From the NCBI GenBank assembly GCA_043816785.1, contig JBDRHP010000102.1:1-29188 (forward strand): a stretch of DNA of 29,188 nt. The letters are read 5' to 3'. Positions 1-8,937 of the stretch are shown here, one piece after another. Both the position numbers and the translations under genes were made by a program. The DNA is from Candidatus Margulisiibacteriota bacterium. GTDB taxonomy: Bacteria > Margulisbacteria > WOR-1 > O2-12-FULL-45-9. Position 1 is the stretch's first letter. The number at the start of each line of letters is the position of its first letter. Under the pieces are notes generated by a model. It saw nothing but the letters and a program-made list of their open reading frames with translations. It searched no databases and was not told where the DNA came from.

Positions 1-716
1 GGCCAGAAGCGGGATGAATCCGGTGTAAGTATCTCATCGATCAGGATGATCTTATCCCCCAGCTTGCCGAATTCAAACTTGGTATCGGCAATGATGATGC
101 CTTTTGTGTCAGCATAATCCCGCGCCCTATTATAGATCTCCAGGGTCTTATCCCTTAAAAAAGCGCCGGCTTCCTGGCCGATTATGTCCATCATCTTTTT
201 TTCAGAGATGTTCTCGTCATGTCCGGATGCTGCCTTGGTTGCCGGCGTAAAGATCGGCTCCGGCAGCTTAGCAGATTCTTTTAAGCCGGCCGGCAGTTTG
301 ATCCCGCAAACTGAGCTGGATTGCTGGTATTCCTTCCAGGCGGAACCTGACAGATATCCGCGGGCCACGCATTCAACATCTATTGAATCGGTCTTTTTGG
401 TCAGCATGGTGCGCTTGTCCAGCACTTTCTTGATATCGTCGTGGATACGGATCTCCTTAGGGAAATCAGCTACATTAGCAGAAATCAGATGGTTCTCGAT
501 TATTGAACTCGAAAAGTCAAACCAAAAAGCCGAGAGTTGCGTCAGGATCTTGCCTTTGTCAGGAATGCCGTTAGGCATAACAGAGTCGTAAGCGGAAATG
601 CGGTCTGAAGCGACCAATAACAGCTTGTCGCCCAGGTCAAAGACGTTTCGGACCTTGCCTTTTTTAAAGAGTTTTATTCCAGGCAAATTAATGTTTAATA
701 ATACTTGTTCTTCCAA
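1..716 (-). CDS. purC: SAICAR synthetase, runs off the left edge of the window
   Basis: Not in the ORF track. Manual translation from TTG at 716, with SD-like GGGGGA upstream: MEEQVLLNINLPGIKLFKKGKVRNVFDLGDKLLLVASDRISAYDSVMPNGIPDKGKILTQLSAFWF. GKVR and SDRISA are PurC motifs. Confidence 0.93.
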   Translation of the reverse strand, partial: MEEQVLLNINLPGIKLFKKGKVRNVFDLGDKLLLVASDRISAYDSVMPNGIPDKGKILTQLSAFWFDFSSSIIENHLISANVADFPKEIRIHDDIKKVLDKRTMLTKKTDSIDVECVARGYLSGSAWKEYQQSSSVCGIKLPAGLKESAKLPEPIFTPATKAASGHDENISEKKMMDIIGQEAGAFLRDKTLEIYNRARDYADTKGIIIADTKFEFGKLGDKIILIDEILTPDSSRFW

Positions 717-733
717 GTAAACTTTCCCCCCTG

Positions 734-771
734 GAATGGAAACATGAGACTAAACGTCTCTGTTTCCATTC
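734..771 (+). repeat. TRAAC-loop hairpin copy 1 (empty)
   Basis: GAATGGAAACA-T-GAGAC-TAAAC-GTCTC-TGTTTCCATTC. Confidence 0.9.
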
Positions 772-778
772 GACTAGA

Positions 779-860
779 TTCCAGGAAACCGCGAAGCACC
801 TCGACTTCGCTCGGTGCTGCCCTGAGCTTGCCGAAGGGTTCATTCGCAGGTTTCCTGGAA
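779..860 (-). repeat. TRAAC-loop hairpin copy 2, carrying the 42-bp insert
   Basis: Minus strand: TTCCAGGAAACC-T-GCGAA-TGAAC-[42 bp]-TTCGC-GGTTTCCTGGAA. Confidence 0.9.
796..837 (-). mobile_element. 42-bp mini-element inserted in hairpin loop (copy A)
   Basis: CCTTCGGCAAGCTCAGGGCAGCACCGAGCGAAGTCGAGGTGC, identical to 5878-5919 and 11081-11122. Mobility is inferred. Confidence 0.75.
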
Positions 861-869
861 ATTATATCA
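861..869 (-). promoter_or_regulatory. Extended -10 promoter element for purC
   Basis: TGATATAAT on the minus strand (TGnTATAAT consensus). Confidence 0.55.
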
Positions 870-873
870 TGAA

Positions 874-935
874 CGTCATTCCCGCGAAAGCGGGAATCCA
901 GACTATTTGGATGCCCGATTAGATTGGGCATGACG
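874..935. repeat. CGTC-type/dRS3-like palindromic doublet, copy 1
   Basis: CGTCATTCCCGCGAAAGCGGGAATCCA-N7-TGGATGCCCGATTAGATTGGGCATGACG; encodes the last 10 codons and stop of the 903..1640 gene. Confidence 0.88.
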
Positions 936-1640
936 AAATAATGTTAAATAAAGAAATTTGGGCAGGGCCAGCTGTCGTTTCCAGCGGCCAGGCTCAGTTA
1001 TCAGCCGATAGAGCCATTCAATATATAACGCCTGAATCCACTGTGGTGCCCTTTTTTTTCTGCCAGAGATAACATCCAGGCTACCACCGATCACCATACT
1101 AACATGAATATTCATCTCCTTGAGGTGACGATTAAGCCACCTTTCCTGCTGGCCTGCACCCAGCCCAACAAACAACACATCCGGTTTCGTCACCTTGATC
1201 TGATCGATGGCTTCGCCATCATTTTTAAAATAGCCGTGATAAGTGCCTACTATATTTAATCCCTGATAGCGGCTGACCAGCTTGCTGGCCGCCTCCTGAG
1301 CCACGCCAGGAGCCCCGCCTAAAAGAAAGACTTTACTTCCAGTTTTGCCGCAAACATCCATCAAACTTAACATCAGATCAATGCCGCTGACGCGTTCTTT
1401 TATTGGTCTGCCCAGTAGCTTTGAGACCACAACCATGCTGATGCCGTCCGGCACGCGCAAGTCAGCAGAATTAATGATTTGTTTTAACTCTTCATCTTGT
1501 TGTGAAGCAACAATGATTTCTGGATTAGGGGTAACGATCATCTTGGGTTCTGAGGCTGAGAAGAAAGTTGCAACTTTTGCGGTTGCCTCATCAAGCGAAA
1601 CATTGTCAACGGTTATGCCTGCAAAATCTACGGTTTGCAT
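903..1640 (-). CDS. WecB/TagA/CpsF family glycosyltransferase
   Basis: Motifs VTPNPE, VPDGISMV, ERVSGIDL, FVGLGAGQQE, IGGSLD, EWLYRL..EP.RW. Confidence 0.92.
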   Translation of the reverse strand: MQTVDFAGITVDNVSLDEATAKVATFFSASEPKMIVTPNPEIIVASQQDEELKQIINSADLRVPDGISMVVVSKLLGRPIKERVSGIDLMLSLMDVCGKTGSKVFLLGGAPGVAQEAASKLVSRYQGLNIVGTYHGYFKNDGEAIDQIKVTKPDVLFVGLGAGQQERWLNRHLKEMNIHVSMVIGGSLDVISGRKKRAPQWIQALYIEWLYRLITEPGRWKRQLALPKFLYLTLFRHAQSNRASK

Positions 1641-1645
1641 TTTTC

Positions 1646-2740
1646 TTATTTTGCCAACTGCTCAAAAAACAACTTGAAGTTCCGCTCCGCCAGTTCACGA
1701 AGTTCTTGCTTCCTGGTGGCCAGGTTGGCTTTGATCTTTGCCTTGTTGGCCACGATCCACTCCAGCGCGTCCCTTAACCGTTTAAAATCAATTGACTGGT
1801 CGATCTTTAGGAATGGTTGCTTAAGATCTGCCATAAAAGCTTCAACTTTCGGGTCGTAGGAGATACCAAGCATCGGGACCTGATTTATCGCGGCAAAGAT
1901 CAGCGAGTGCAGGCGCATGCCGATCAGGAGATCGAAATTAGCAACCACGGACAGCATCTCATCCGGCCGGCAAATGCGAAAGATCACGTTCGACTTTTGC
2001 AGCATGTGATTACTGACCTTGGAAGATTCGCCCATGTCTTGCGGACATTCATAGAGGATAAAGACCGGGGCGTAATTATATGTTCTGGCCAGCCAGTCAA
2101 CCACTTCTGACAGTGTTTTATAAAGCCGCTCTTCATCTTTCTTGGGGACGCTTCTGACTGCTATGCCTAACAGCGGCCGATCAAGCCTAACAGCCTCAAG
2201 GCTAAGAACCCGGCGGCCATCCTCCAGCCGTGGTTCCTTGAGAATGAACGATGGATCGGCAGTCACCTGCATTTTAGGTCTTTTAATGCCCAGTTGTTTG
2301 AGCGCTTCAAATGATTCGCTGTCTCGAACAGTGATTAAGTTGACCCGATTAAGGATTAATCTGGCCATTAACCGGTTAAACCTGCCTTGGAGCGGGCCAA
2401 AACCTTGGGCCATAACCATGACTTTTTTAAATAACAGTTTAGCCAGCAAAACCAGGCCCAGATAATACCAGAAACTGCGGCTGCTGGTAACATCTTGAAA
2501 AAGTGTGCCCCCGCCGCTAATAAAAACATCTGTTTTGATCATTTTTTGCAGCAGCTTAAGCCATTTGTAGCGATGGATCGATTTTACATTGTTTAATTCC
2601 TGGGTCACTTTAGGCGAGGCGGAAAGTACGGTGATCTTTATCTCTGGTTCAGCCTGCCGCAAGCCGGCAACGATCGCTTGCAGCACGGATTCATCCCCAA
2701 CATTGCCAAAGCCATAATAGCCGGAAATTAAAACTTTCAT
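1646..2740 (-). CDS. csaB: Polysaccharide pyruvyl transferase CsaB
   Basis: ISGYYGFGNVGDE, SGGGTLFQDVTSSRS, GMRLHSLIFA, ISYDPKV. Confidence 0.92.
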   Translation of the reverse strand: MKVLISGYYGFGNVGDESVLQAIVAGLRQAEPEIKITVLSASPKVTQELNNVKSIHRYKWLKLLQKMIKTDVFISGGGTLFQDVTSSRSFWYYLGLVLLAKLLFKKVMVMAQGFGPLQGRFNRLMARLILNRVNLITVRDSESFEALKQLGIKRPKMQVTADPSFILKEPRLEDGRRVLSLEAVRLDRPLLGIAVRSVPKKDEERLYKTLSEVVDWLARTYNYAPVFILYECPQDMGESSKVSNHMLQKSNVIFRICRPDEMLSVVANFDLLIGMRLHSLIFAAINQVPMLGISYDPKVEAFMADLKQPFLKIDQSIDFKRLRDALEWIVANKAKIKANLATRKQELRELAERNFKLFFEQLAK

Positions 2741-2758
2741 GTGAAAAGCCCTCCATTT

Positions 2759-2829
2759 TTTGGAAGCCTGAGACTAAACGTCTCGGCTTCCAAATTTATC
2801 AGAAAACCGCGACGTTTAGTCGCAGGTTT
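2759..2829. repeat. Inverted pair of TRAAC-loop hairpins (copies 3 and 4, both empty)
   Basis: 2759-2794 (+) TTTGGAAGCC-T-GAGAC-TAAAC-GTCTC-GGCTTCCAAA; 2804-2829 (-) AAACC-T-GCGAC-TAAAC-GTCGC-GGTTT. Confidence 0.9.
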
Positions 2830-2838
2830 ATTCACTGG

Positions 2839-4761
2839 TTATTCCTCCTTCCTAATGAAGGGATCAACAATGAAAACCAGGATGGTCCCGATGATCACCC
2901 CGAGGACAAGACCATTAACTGTCCTGACCATTGAAACAACCAGCGGAGTGTGGCTGTGTGAAAAAGTGTTGAGCAGGGAAACCGGCGCAATGGCGCCCAG
3001 GCCTGCCAGCACCCACAACCATTGTTTTTTGTCGCGCAATAAAGTCAACGCTGCCAGATAAAGCAATGGGTAGCCGATCAAAAATTCCTTGGTGCGCGGC
3101 CGGATAAAGAACAGCGTCTCCAGGAAATTCCTGAAGTATTTTTCAAAGATAGGCACAGGCAGGACAAAATTGCCGGAGCGAGCTAAGTAGACCATTAGTC
3201 CCCCCATGACAAAGACGCCCAACAGGATCGTGGCTAATTTGACTTGAGTGTTTAGAAATGTGCTAAGCCTTTCCTTGAGATTGCCGGTCCCCTGATTCAA
3301 AATAAAGTAGCAGGCCACAAGAATGATCGGGGTGATCAAGGCCAGTTTAACCCCCATAAAGGTTTCCACACCGAGCATGAAGCGGTGGTCAGCCATCAGC
3401 CCGATCAGCAGGAAAACACCGATCAAAGATTCTGCCACAACATTAAGAATGATCAAGGTAGCATCAAACGCTACGATGGAAGGTTTTAGCCGGCGCGAAA
3501 AGCTTGAGATAACAGCCAGAGATGGAAAGACTATGGCAGTCAGCAAGGCCAGGACTTTCTGCAGGCCAAAAGAATAAGTGGAATTTGCCCCAAAATACAA
3601 CCCGCCTCCGGCCAGGATAACTAAAAGGTACATCAGGAAAATATTCAGCTTGAAAAAGTAATTAAGCAGGAAAATCCCGCCGATAACCACGCCCAAGCCC
3701 AGGACTATTAACTGCCAATCAACCACTTGTAAAGGCGGGGGGCTCTCTGCCCTGCCAATAACAAAACCAGCATTGGTCAGCGCGGTCTTTATTTCGCCAA
3801 AATATTTTAAGTTATAGGCCACTGGATAAGCGTCAACCTGCGGCGGCAGGAATGACCGGATATAGATCATTCGTACTTTTCTTTCCCGCGCGGCCCTGAC
3901 AAAGCGATCGACAACCTCGTCTTTTTTAAGTTTTTTCAGCTCGTTTTCAGAGACGCTGTGTACCCGAAGGACTTCTCTGCCCATTAAACGGCGCAGCTGC
4001 TTATCACCATCCTGTTTAACAATTTCAATATAACCATATTTGATCTTATTTTTCTTTAGTGCCGAAGCCAGGGTTGTGAGGCCGTCAGGATATCCCAGGA
4101 TTTCCTCACCGTCAAAAATAATGGTGTCATGATCCTCAAAGGCCGAGATTTTTGCCTCAATATTGCCCAGGTGAAAACGCGGATCGTTCCTGACTCTGGG
4201 AACGAGATTAAAGCCTAAGCTTTTTAAATATTTTGCCTGGGACCCTGCTAAGCCCAGGCCGATCTCACGTATTTCTTCTTCTGCCTCATTGACCTCCAGG
4301 ATCTCGCTGCCATAGAATTTAATTTGTTTCTTGCCCAAGAGCCATTGAAGCTGGTCATATACACGTTTTCTGACCATAGCCTCTGGGGCGTAAATATAGG
4401 TGCGGTCTGGCTTGGTGACACAGCTATCCACTAACAAGAACATTTTGCGGGGCAGGTCTTTAAACCGGCGCAGGCCGCTGCCTTTGGCATAGAAAAGTTC
4501 TCCGGCAACAGCGGCGTCTGGCAGCGTCTCTTCAAAAAGACCAATAGAGACGATCCCCTGCTTTTTAACTTCTTCCAGGATTGGACCCAGCGGTTTTTTT
4601 TCAAAGGCAGCTATCTTTCTTAGGTCATTGAGGTCAACGCACAATTCAACTGTGCGGTCCTGCAGCTCAATGAAATAGCGATAGTATCCAAGGTATCCGC
4701 CAACTAACACGCTGGCGGTCAAGATCAAGATTAAGATGCCTTTGCCGATCTTATCAATCAT
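2839..4761 (-). CDS. DUF5693-like membrane protein
   Basis: N-terminal TM helix, large soluble domain (RAARER.VR), multi-TM C-terminus with RPRTKEFLIGYP and NTFSH.HTP; usual position upstream of csaB. Confidence 0.75.
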   Translation of the reverse strand: MIDKIGKGILILILTASVLVGGYLGYYRYFIELQDRTVELCVDLNDLRKIAAFEKKPLGPILEEVKKQGIVSIGLFEETLPDAAVAGELFYAKGSGLRRFKDLPRKMFLLVDSCVTKPDRTYIYAPEAMVRKRVYDQLQWLLGKKQIKFYGSEILEVNEAEEEIREIGLGLAGSQAKYLKSLGFNLVPRVRNDPRFHLGNIEAKISAFEDHDTIIFDGEEILGYPDGLTTLASALKKNKIKYGYIEIVKQDGDKQLRRLMGREVLRVHSVSENELKKLKKDEVVDRFVRAARERKVRMIYIRSFLPPQVDAYPVAYNLKYFGEIKTALTNAGFVIGRAESPPPLQVVDWQLIVLGLGVVIGGIFLLNYFFKLNIFLMYLLVILAGGGLYFGANSTYSFGLQKVLALLTAIVFPSLAVISSFSRRLKPSIVAFDATLIILNVVAESLIGVFLLIGLMADHRFMLGVETFMGVKLALITPIILVACYFILNQGTGNLKERLSTFLNTQVKLATILLGVFVMGGLMVYLARSGNFVLPVPIFEKYFRNFLETLFFIRPRTKEFLIGYPLLYLAALTLLRDKKQWLWVLAGLGAIAPVSLLNTFSHSHTPLVVSMVRTVNGLVLGVIIGTILVFIVDPFIRKEE

Positions 4762-5846
4762 TATTTTGTTCCTTTCCTTAAGATTGCCTGAATAAATGGG
4801 TCAATCTCTCCGTCAATCACGCTCTGAACATCTCCGACCTCAACGCCGGTGCGATGATCTTTGACCATGGTATAAGGATGAAAAACATAGGAACGGATCT
4901 GGCTGCCCCACTCGATCTTCTTTTTTTCACCCCGGATCTCTTCTATCTTATCTTTTTGCTGTGCCACCATCAATTCATACAGTTTTGCTTTTAAAATGCG
5001 CATAGCCGCATCCTTGTTGGCGTGTTGGGAACGATCGTTTTGGCTTTGGGTGACAATGCCGGTTGGAATATGGGTGATACGAACAGCAGAGCTTACTTTG
5101 TTGACATTTTGCCCGCCTGGGCCGGAAGCGCGATAGGTATCAATGCGCAGGTCATTGGGATCGATTTCAACTTTTATATCGTCGCCCGTTTCTGGAATGA
5201 CCTCAACAGCGACAAATGAGGTGTGACGTTTGCCTTCGGAAGAAAATGGGGAAATACGGACCAGGCGATGAATGCCATTTTCCTTCTTTAGATAACCGTA
5301 AGCGTAAAGACCATTGATCATTAAGGTGACACTCTTTATGCCGGCTTCTTCGCCGTAAGAAATATCAGGCATTTCCACTTTATAATCCTTACTTTCAGCC
5401 CAGCGGCTGTACATCCGGAGGAGAATTTGTGCCCAGTCTTGCGAGTCCGTGCCGCCTGCCCCGGAGTTGATCGAGAGTATAGCATTGTTTTTATCGTATT
5501 CGCCACCCAGCAGTGCGGCGATTTCCAGGCTGTCTGCATTTTTGCTCAAACGGGTAAATTCCTTTTCTAATTCAACAGTATCATTTTCTCTAGCCATTTC
5601 AATTAATGTTTGAAGGTCCTCGGTGCCATTGAGCAATTCTTCCCAGGTGCTGATCTCTTTTTCCAGGGCTTTCTTTTCTTGCAGCAATTTTTTAGCCCGC
5701 TGCTGGTTTTCCCAAAGCTTGGGATCAGCGACCTCTTGTTCGATCTCGCCCAGCTGTTGCTTCTTGGCCTGGATATTCAAGATATTTCCCATATCCTTGG
5801 CTTTGGTCTGAAGCTGCGTTAATTTTATTTTTAGCTCGTCAAGCAT
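4761..5846 (-). CDS. prfB: Peptide chain release factor 2, continuous ORF
   Basis: SPF motif (RISPF), GGQ motif, WGSQIRSYV; downstream of secA. Confidence 0.96.
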   Translation of the reverse strand: MLDELKIKLTQLQTKAKDMGNILNIQAKKQQLGEIEQEVADPKLWENQQRAKKLLQEKKALEKEISTWEELLNGTEDLQTLIEMARENDTVELEKEFTRLSKNADSLEIAALLGGEYDKNNAILSINSGAGGTDSQDWAQILLRMYSRWAESKDYKVEMPDISYGEEAGIKSVTLMINGLYAYGYLKKENGIHRLVRISPFSSEGKRHTSFVAVEVIPETGDDIKVEIDPNDLRIDTYRASGPGGQNVNKVSSAVRITHIPTGIVTQSQNDRSQHANKDAAMRILKAKLYELMVAQQKDKIEEIRGEKKKIEWGSQIRSYVFHPYTMVKDHRTGVEVGDVQSVIDGEIDPFIQAILRKGTK

Positions 5847-5858
5847 TGTGAACCTTTC

Positions 5859-5981
5859 ATGGAACCTGAGACTAAACCCTTCGGCAAGCTCAGGGCAGCA
5901 CCGAGCGAAGTCGAGGTGCGTCTCGGTTCCATAAGATTATATTTCTCAAGGAGCCGAGAAGTTCATTCTCAGGCTCCTTGA
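5859..5981. repeat. Inverted pair of TRAAC-loop hairpins (copy 5 filled, copy 6 empty)
   Basis: 5859-5932 (+) ATGGAACC-T-GAGAC-TAAAC-[42 bp]-GTCTC-GGTTCCAT; 5946-5981 (-) TCAAGGAGCC-T-GAGAA-TGAAC-TTCTC-GGCTCCTTGA. Confidence 0.9.
5878..5919 (+). mobile_element. 42-bp mini-element inserted in hairpin loop (copy B)
   Basis: Identical to copies A and C; the empty allele TGAGACTAAACGTCTC is seen at 745-760 and 2769-2784. Confidence 0.75.
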
Positions 5982-5984
5982 ATG

Positions 5985-8516
5985 TTACCCTTCCTTTGGC
6001 AAGCAGCATTTTTTATATTTCTTGCCGGAACCGCAGGGGCACGGATCATTGCGCCCGATACTGACTTTTTTCACTGCCGCTGGTTTGGCCGTTTCACGCG
6101 ACGGAGCGCCGTAGCTGACAACCCTTGGCTTGGGTCCCTCGACTCCTCCTCGACGGAGCTCGGAGTCGCTCGGGACTAGCTGAACCTTGAAGATCATGCC
6201 GATGATCTGTTCCCTGACCCCGCGCATCATTTCCTGAAACATGGTGTAGCCTTCGATCTTATATTCAACTAAGGGATCCCTGCCCCCCATCCCCCTAAGC
6301 CCTATTCCCTCCCTCAAATTATCCATATTATGCAGCTGATCGATCCAGGCGCTGTCAATGACACGCAGCATGACCAGGCGTTCGATCTCTCTCATCTGCT
6401 CAGGGCCAACTTCTGCTTCGCGATTATCATAAGCCTGCTTAAGGGTTACGATAAGAGAGTTAATAATTGGCTTTTTTTCTTTTTCAGTTTTGATCGCTTC
6501 TATGCCTGATACCGGGACGATCTCATTAACAGCGCTGATCAAGCCGTCATAATCCCATTCATCCGGGTGGGTCTTGTCAGAGAGAAAATTATTAACATTA
6601 TCATTAGCAACCTGTTCGATCATTTCCAGGGCCTTAGTTTTAAGATCTTGCCCTCCCAGGATCCGGCGGCGCAGCGCGTAAATGGTTTCTCTTTGGCGGT
6701 TCATGACATCGTCATACTCTAAAACCTGTTTGCGGATGCCAAAGTGATATTCCTCAACCTTCTTTTGCGCGCGCTCGATCATATTGCTGATCATCCGGTG
6801 TTCGATCGGAGTATCTTCTTCGATCTTAAAGCGGTCCATCATCGTCGAGATACGCTGGGAGCCGAACAAGCGCATCAGGTCATCCTCAAGCGAAACATAG
6901 AAGCGTGATGATCCGGGATCACCCTGTCGGCCGGCTCGGCCTCTGAGCTGATTATCAATGCGCCGGCTTTCGTGTCTTTCTGTGCCAATAACATGCAAAC
7001 CGCCCAGGTCAACCACGCCGTCTCCCAGAACAATATCCGTGCCGCGGCCAGCCATGTTTGTCGAGATCGTGACCATACCCTTTTGTCCGGCCTGGGAGAT
7101 GATCTCAGCCTCTCGCTCGTGCTGTTTAGCGTTCAAAACACGATGGGCAATGCCGCGCCGCTTGAGCATTTGGGCTAATAGTTCTGAGTTTTCAATGGAG
7201 ATGGTGCCAACTAAGAGCGGTCTGCCCTTTTTGTGCCAATCAGCGATCTCGTCAGCCACGGCCTTAAACTTGGCGCGTTTGTTCTTATAAATAACATCCG
7301 GCAGGTTATTCCTGACCATTGGCTTATGAGTGGGAATAACCAGGACTTCCAGCCCGTAGATCCTCCAAAATTCTCCTTCTTCAGTTTTGGCTGTACCGGT
7401 CATGCCGGCTAATTTATTGTAGAGGCGAAAATAATTTTGGAAAGTAATAGTTGCCAGGGTCTGGGCTTCGTGCCTGATCTCCACGCTTTCTTTAGCTTCG
7501 ATGGCTTGATGTAAGCCGTCAGAATAGCGGCGGCCCTGCATCAGGCGGCCGGTAAATTCATCGACAATGAGGACCTCGCCGTCTTTGATCACATAATCAA
7601 CATTTTTTTCAAAGCAATGTCTGGCGCGCAATGATTGAATGATTTGATGGGCTAAGTCCATGTGGTCAATGTCAAAAAGATAATCAATGCCCAGCAGCCT
7701 TTCTAATTTTTTAACTCCCATTTCAGACAAAACAGCGTTCTTGGTCTTTTCATCAGTAGTGAAATCACTGCTCAAGACCAATTTCTTGGCGATCTGGTCA
7801 GCTTGTTGATAGCTTTGTAGAGAGCCTTCGACCATCCCGGAAATGATCAGCGGAGTGCGGGCCTCGTCAACTAAAATACTATCGACCTCATCGACAATCG
7901 CGAAATGCAGCGGCCGCTGGACGCACTGCTCCAGGGACAGAGACATATTATCGCGCAGATGATCAAAACCAAATTCATTGTTAGTTCCGTAGGTAACATC
8001 AGCGGCATAGGCTTTTTGCCTGTCTTCCGGCTCCATCCAGTGCTGGATCACGCCAACCTCAAGACCCAGGAATTGATAGATCGGCCCCATCCATTCGCTG
8101 TCCCGTTTGGCTAGATAATCATTGACGGTAACAACGTGCGAACCTTTGCCTGCCAGGGCATTGAGGTAGATAGCTAAAGTAGCAGCCAGGGTCTTGCCTT
8201 CGCCGGTCTTCATTTCGGCGATTTTCCCCTGATGAAGAACGATCCCGCCTAAAAGCTGGACATCAAAGTGGCGCAACCCGGTGGTCCTGACTGAGGCCTC
8301 GCGTACCGCGGCAAAGGCTTCTGGCAGAATATCATCCAGGGTTTGCCCTTCGGACAGACTTTTTTTAAAGGAGGCTGTTTTGGCCCGCAGCGCTTCATCA
8401 GAAAGTTTTTTCAGTTCCGGCTCAAGACTGTTAATACGCTCGACCAGCGGAGTTAAAGCCTTAAGTTTTTTATCATCACTATCGCCTATTAAATTAAATA
8501 ACCACTTTAAGACCAT
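5985..8516 (-). CDS. secA: Preprotein translocase ATPase SecA
   Basis: [38 protein letters not shown]-terminal [18 protein letters not shown]. Start moved to ATG 8516 (MVLKWLF) because the longer ORF overlaps hpf. Confidence 0.96.
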   Translation of the reverse strand: MVLKWLFNLIGDSDDKKLKALTPLVERINSLEPELKKLSDEALRAKTASFKKSLSEGQTLDDILPEAFAAVREASVRTTGLRHFDVQLLGGIVLHQGKIAEMKTGEGKTLAATLAIYLNALAGKGSHVVTVNDYLAKRDSEWMGPIYQFLGLEVGVIQHWMEPEDRQKAYAADVTYGTNNEFGFDHLRDNMSLSLEQCVQRPLHFAIVDEVDSILVDEARTPLIISGMVEGSLQSYQQADQIAKKLVLSSDFTTDEKTKNAVLSEMGVKKLERLLGIDYLFDIDHMDLAHQIIQSLRARHCFEKNVDYVIKDGEVLIVDEFTGRLMQGRRYSDGLHQAIEAKESVEIRHEAQTLATITFQNYFRLYNKLAGMTGTAKTEEGEFWRIYGLEVLVIPTHKPMVRNNLPDVIYKNKRAKFKAVADEIADWHKKGRPLLVGTISIENSELLAQMLKRRGIAHRVLNAKQHEREAEIISQAGQKGMVTISTNMAGRGTDIVLGDGVVDLGGLHVIGTERHESRRIDNQLRGRAGRQGDPGSSRFYVSLEDDLMRLFGSQRISTMMDRFKIEEDTPIEHRMISNMIERAQKKVEEYHFGIRKQVLEYDDVMNRQRETIYALRRRILGGQDLKTKALEMIEQVANDNVNNFLSDKTHPDEWDYDGLISAVNEIVPVSGIEAIKTEKEKKPIINSLIVTLKQAYDNREAEVGPEQMREIERLVMLRVIDSAWIDQLHNMDNLREGIGLRGMGGRDPLVEYKIEGYTMFQEMMRGVREQIIGMIFKVQLVPSDSELRRGGVEGPKPRVVSYGAPSRETAKPAAVKKVSIGRNDPCPCGSGKKYKKCCLPKEG

Positions 8517-8544
8517 GCTTAATTTATGGGGGTGTGGAGCGAAG

Positions 8545-8907
8545 TCAAAGGCTGCCTGATTCAAAGGGCATTTGATGTTTGGTCTTGCTGGCCTTGCGGC
8601 GCTGTTCTTTAATGTGCTTGTCTTTGTGCTTTTGGATCTGCCGCTTGGCCTCTTCAATTGCCAGGTCGATTGCTGCGTAGGCATCGCGGGCAGCTTCTGT
8701 CGCTTGGATCATTTTTTTGCCGGACAGCCAGGTCCGGATCTCAGCTACCTGCCGGCGTTCAGCGTCATCAATCGACCTGGCTTCTAGAATAATTTCAACC
8801 TTCTGGATGTTTTTATAAAATTCCTCCAGCTTGCCGGCTTTTTCCTGGGCATAGTCGCGCAGCGCTGGTGTGATCTCGAGGCTCCTGCCTGTAATTTTAA
8901 TTTGCAT
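8545..8907 (-). CDS. hpf: Ribosome hibernation factor (HPF/RaiA), short form
   Basis: MQIKITGRSLEITPALRDYAQEK...YAAIDLA...RQIQKHKDK; SD AAGGAGG; comF-hpf-secA synteny. Confidence 0.88.
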   Translation of the reverse strand: MQIKITGRSLEITPALRDYAQEKAGKLEEFYKNIQKVEIILEARSIDDAERRQVAEIRTWLSGKKMIQATEAARDAYAAIDLAIEEAKRQIQKHKDKHIKEQRRKASKTKHQMPFESGSL

Positions 8908-8928
8908 AAGAATCCTCCTTTTGCTTTT

Positions 8929-8937
8929 ATTATATCA
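8929..8937 (-). promoter_or_regulatory. Extended -10 for hpf-secA, overlapping the comF stop codon
   Basis: TGATATAAT on the minus strand, 21 nt before the hpf ATG. Confidence 0.55.

Noticed and set aside
695..931. 78-aa ORF (LDSRFRGND..PFGKLRAAPSEVEV)
   Set aside because: It is a translation of the stacked palindromic repeats and overlaps the purC start out of frame.
5772..5790. GGGAAATATCTTGAAT as a vestigial prfB frameshift site
   Set aside because: TAT CTT is out of the coding frame and there is no in-frame stop.
8536..8551. GGAGCGAAGTCAAAGG at the hpf stop resembles half of the 42-bp insert
   Set aside because: Short match without the flanking stem; it could be a decayed copy but cannot be supported.
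8517..8684. 56-aa N-terminal extension of SecA in the ORF track
   Set aside because: It overlaps hpf in another frame, and SecA-like sequence starts at ATG 8516.
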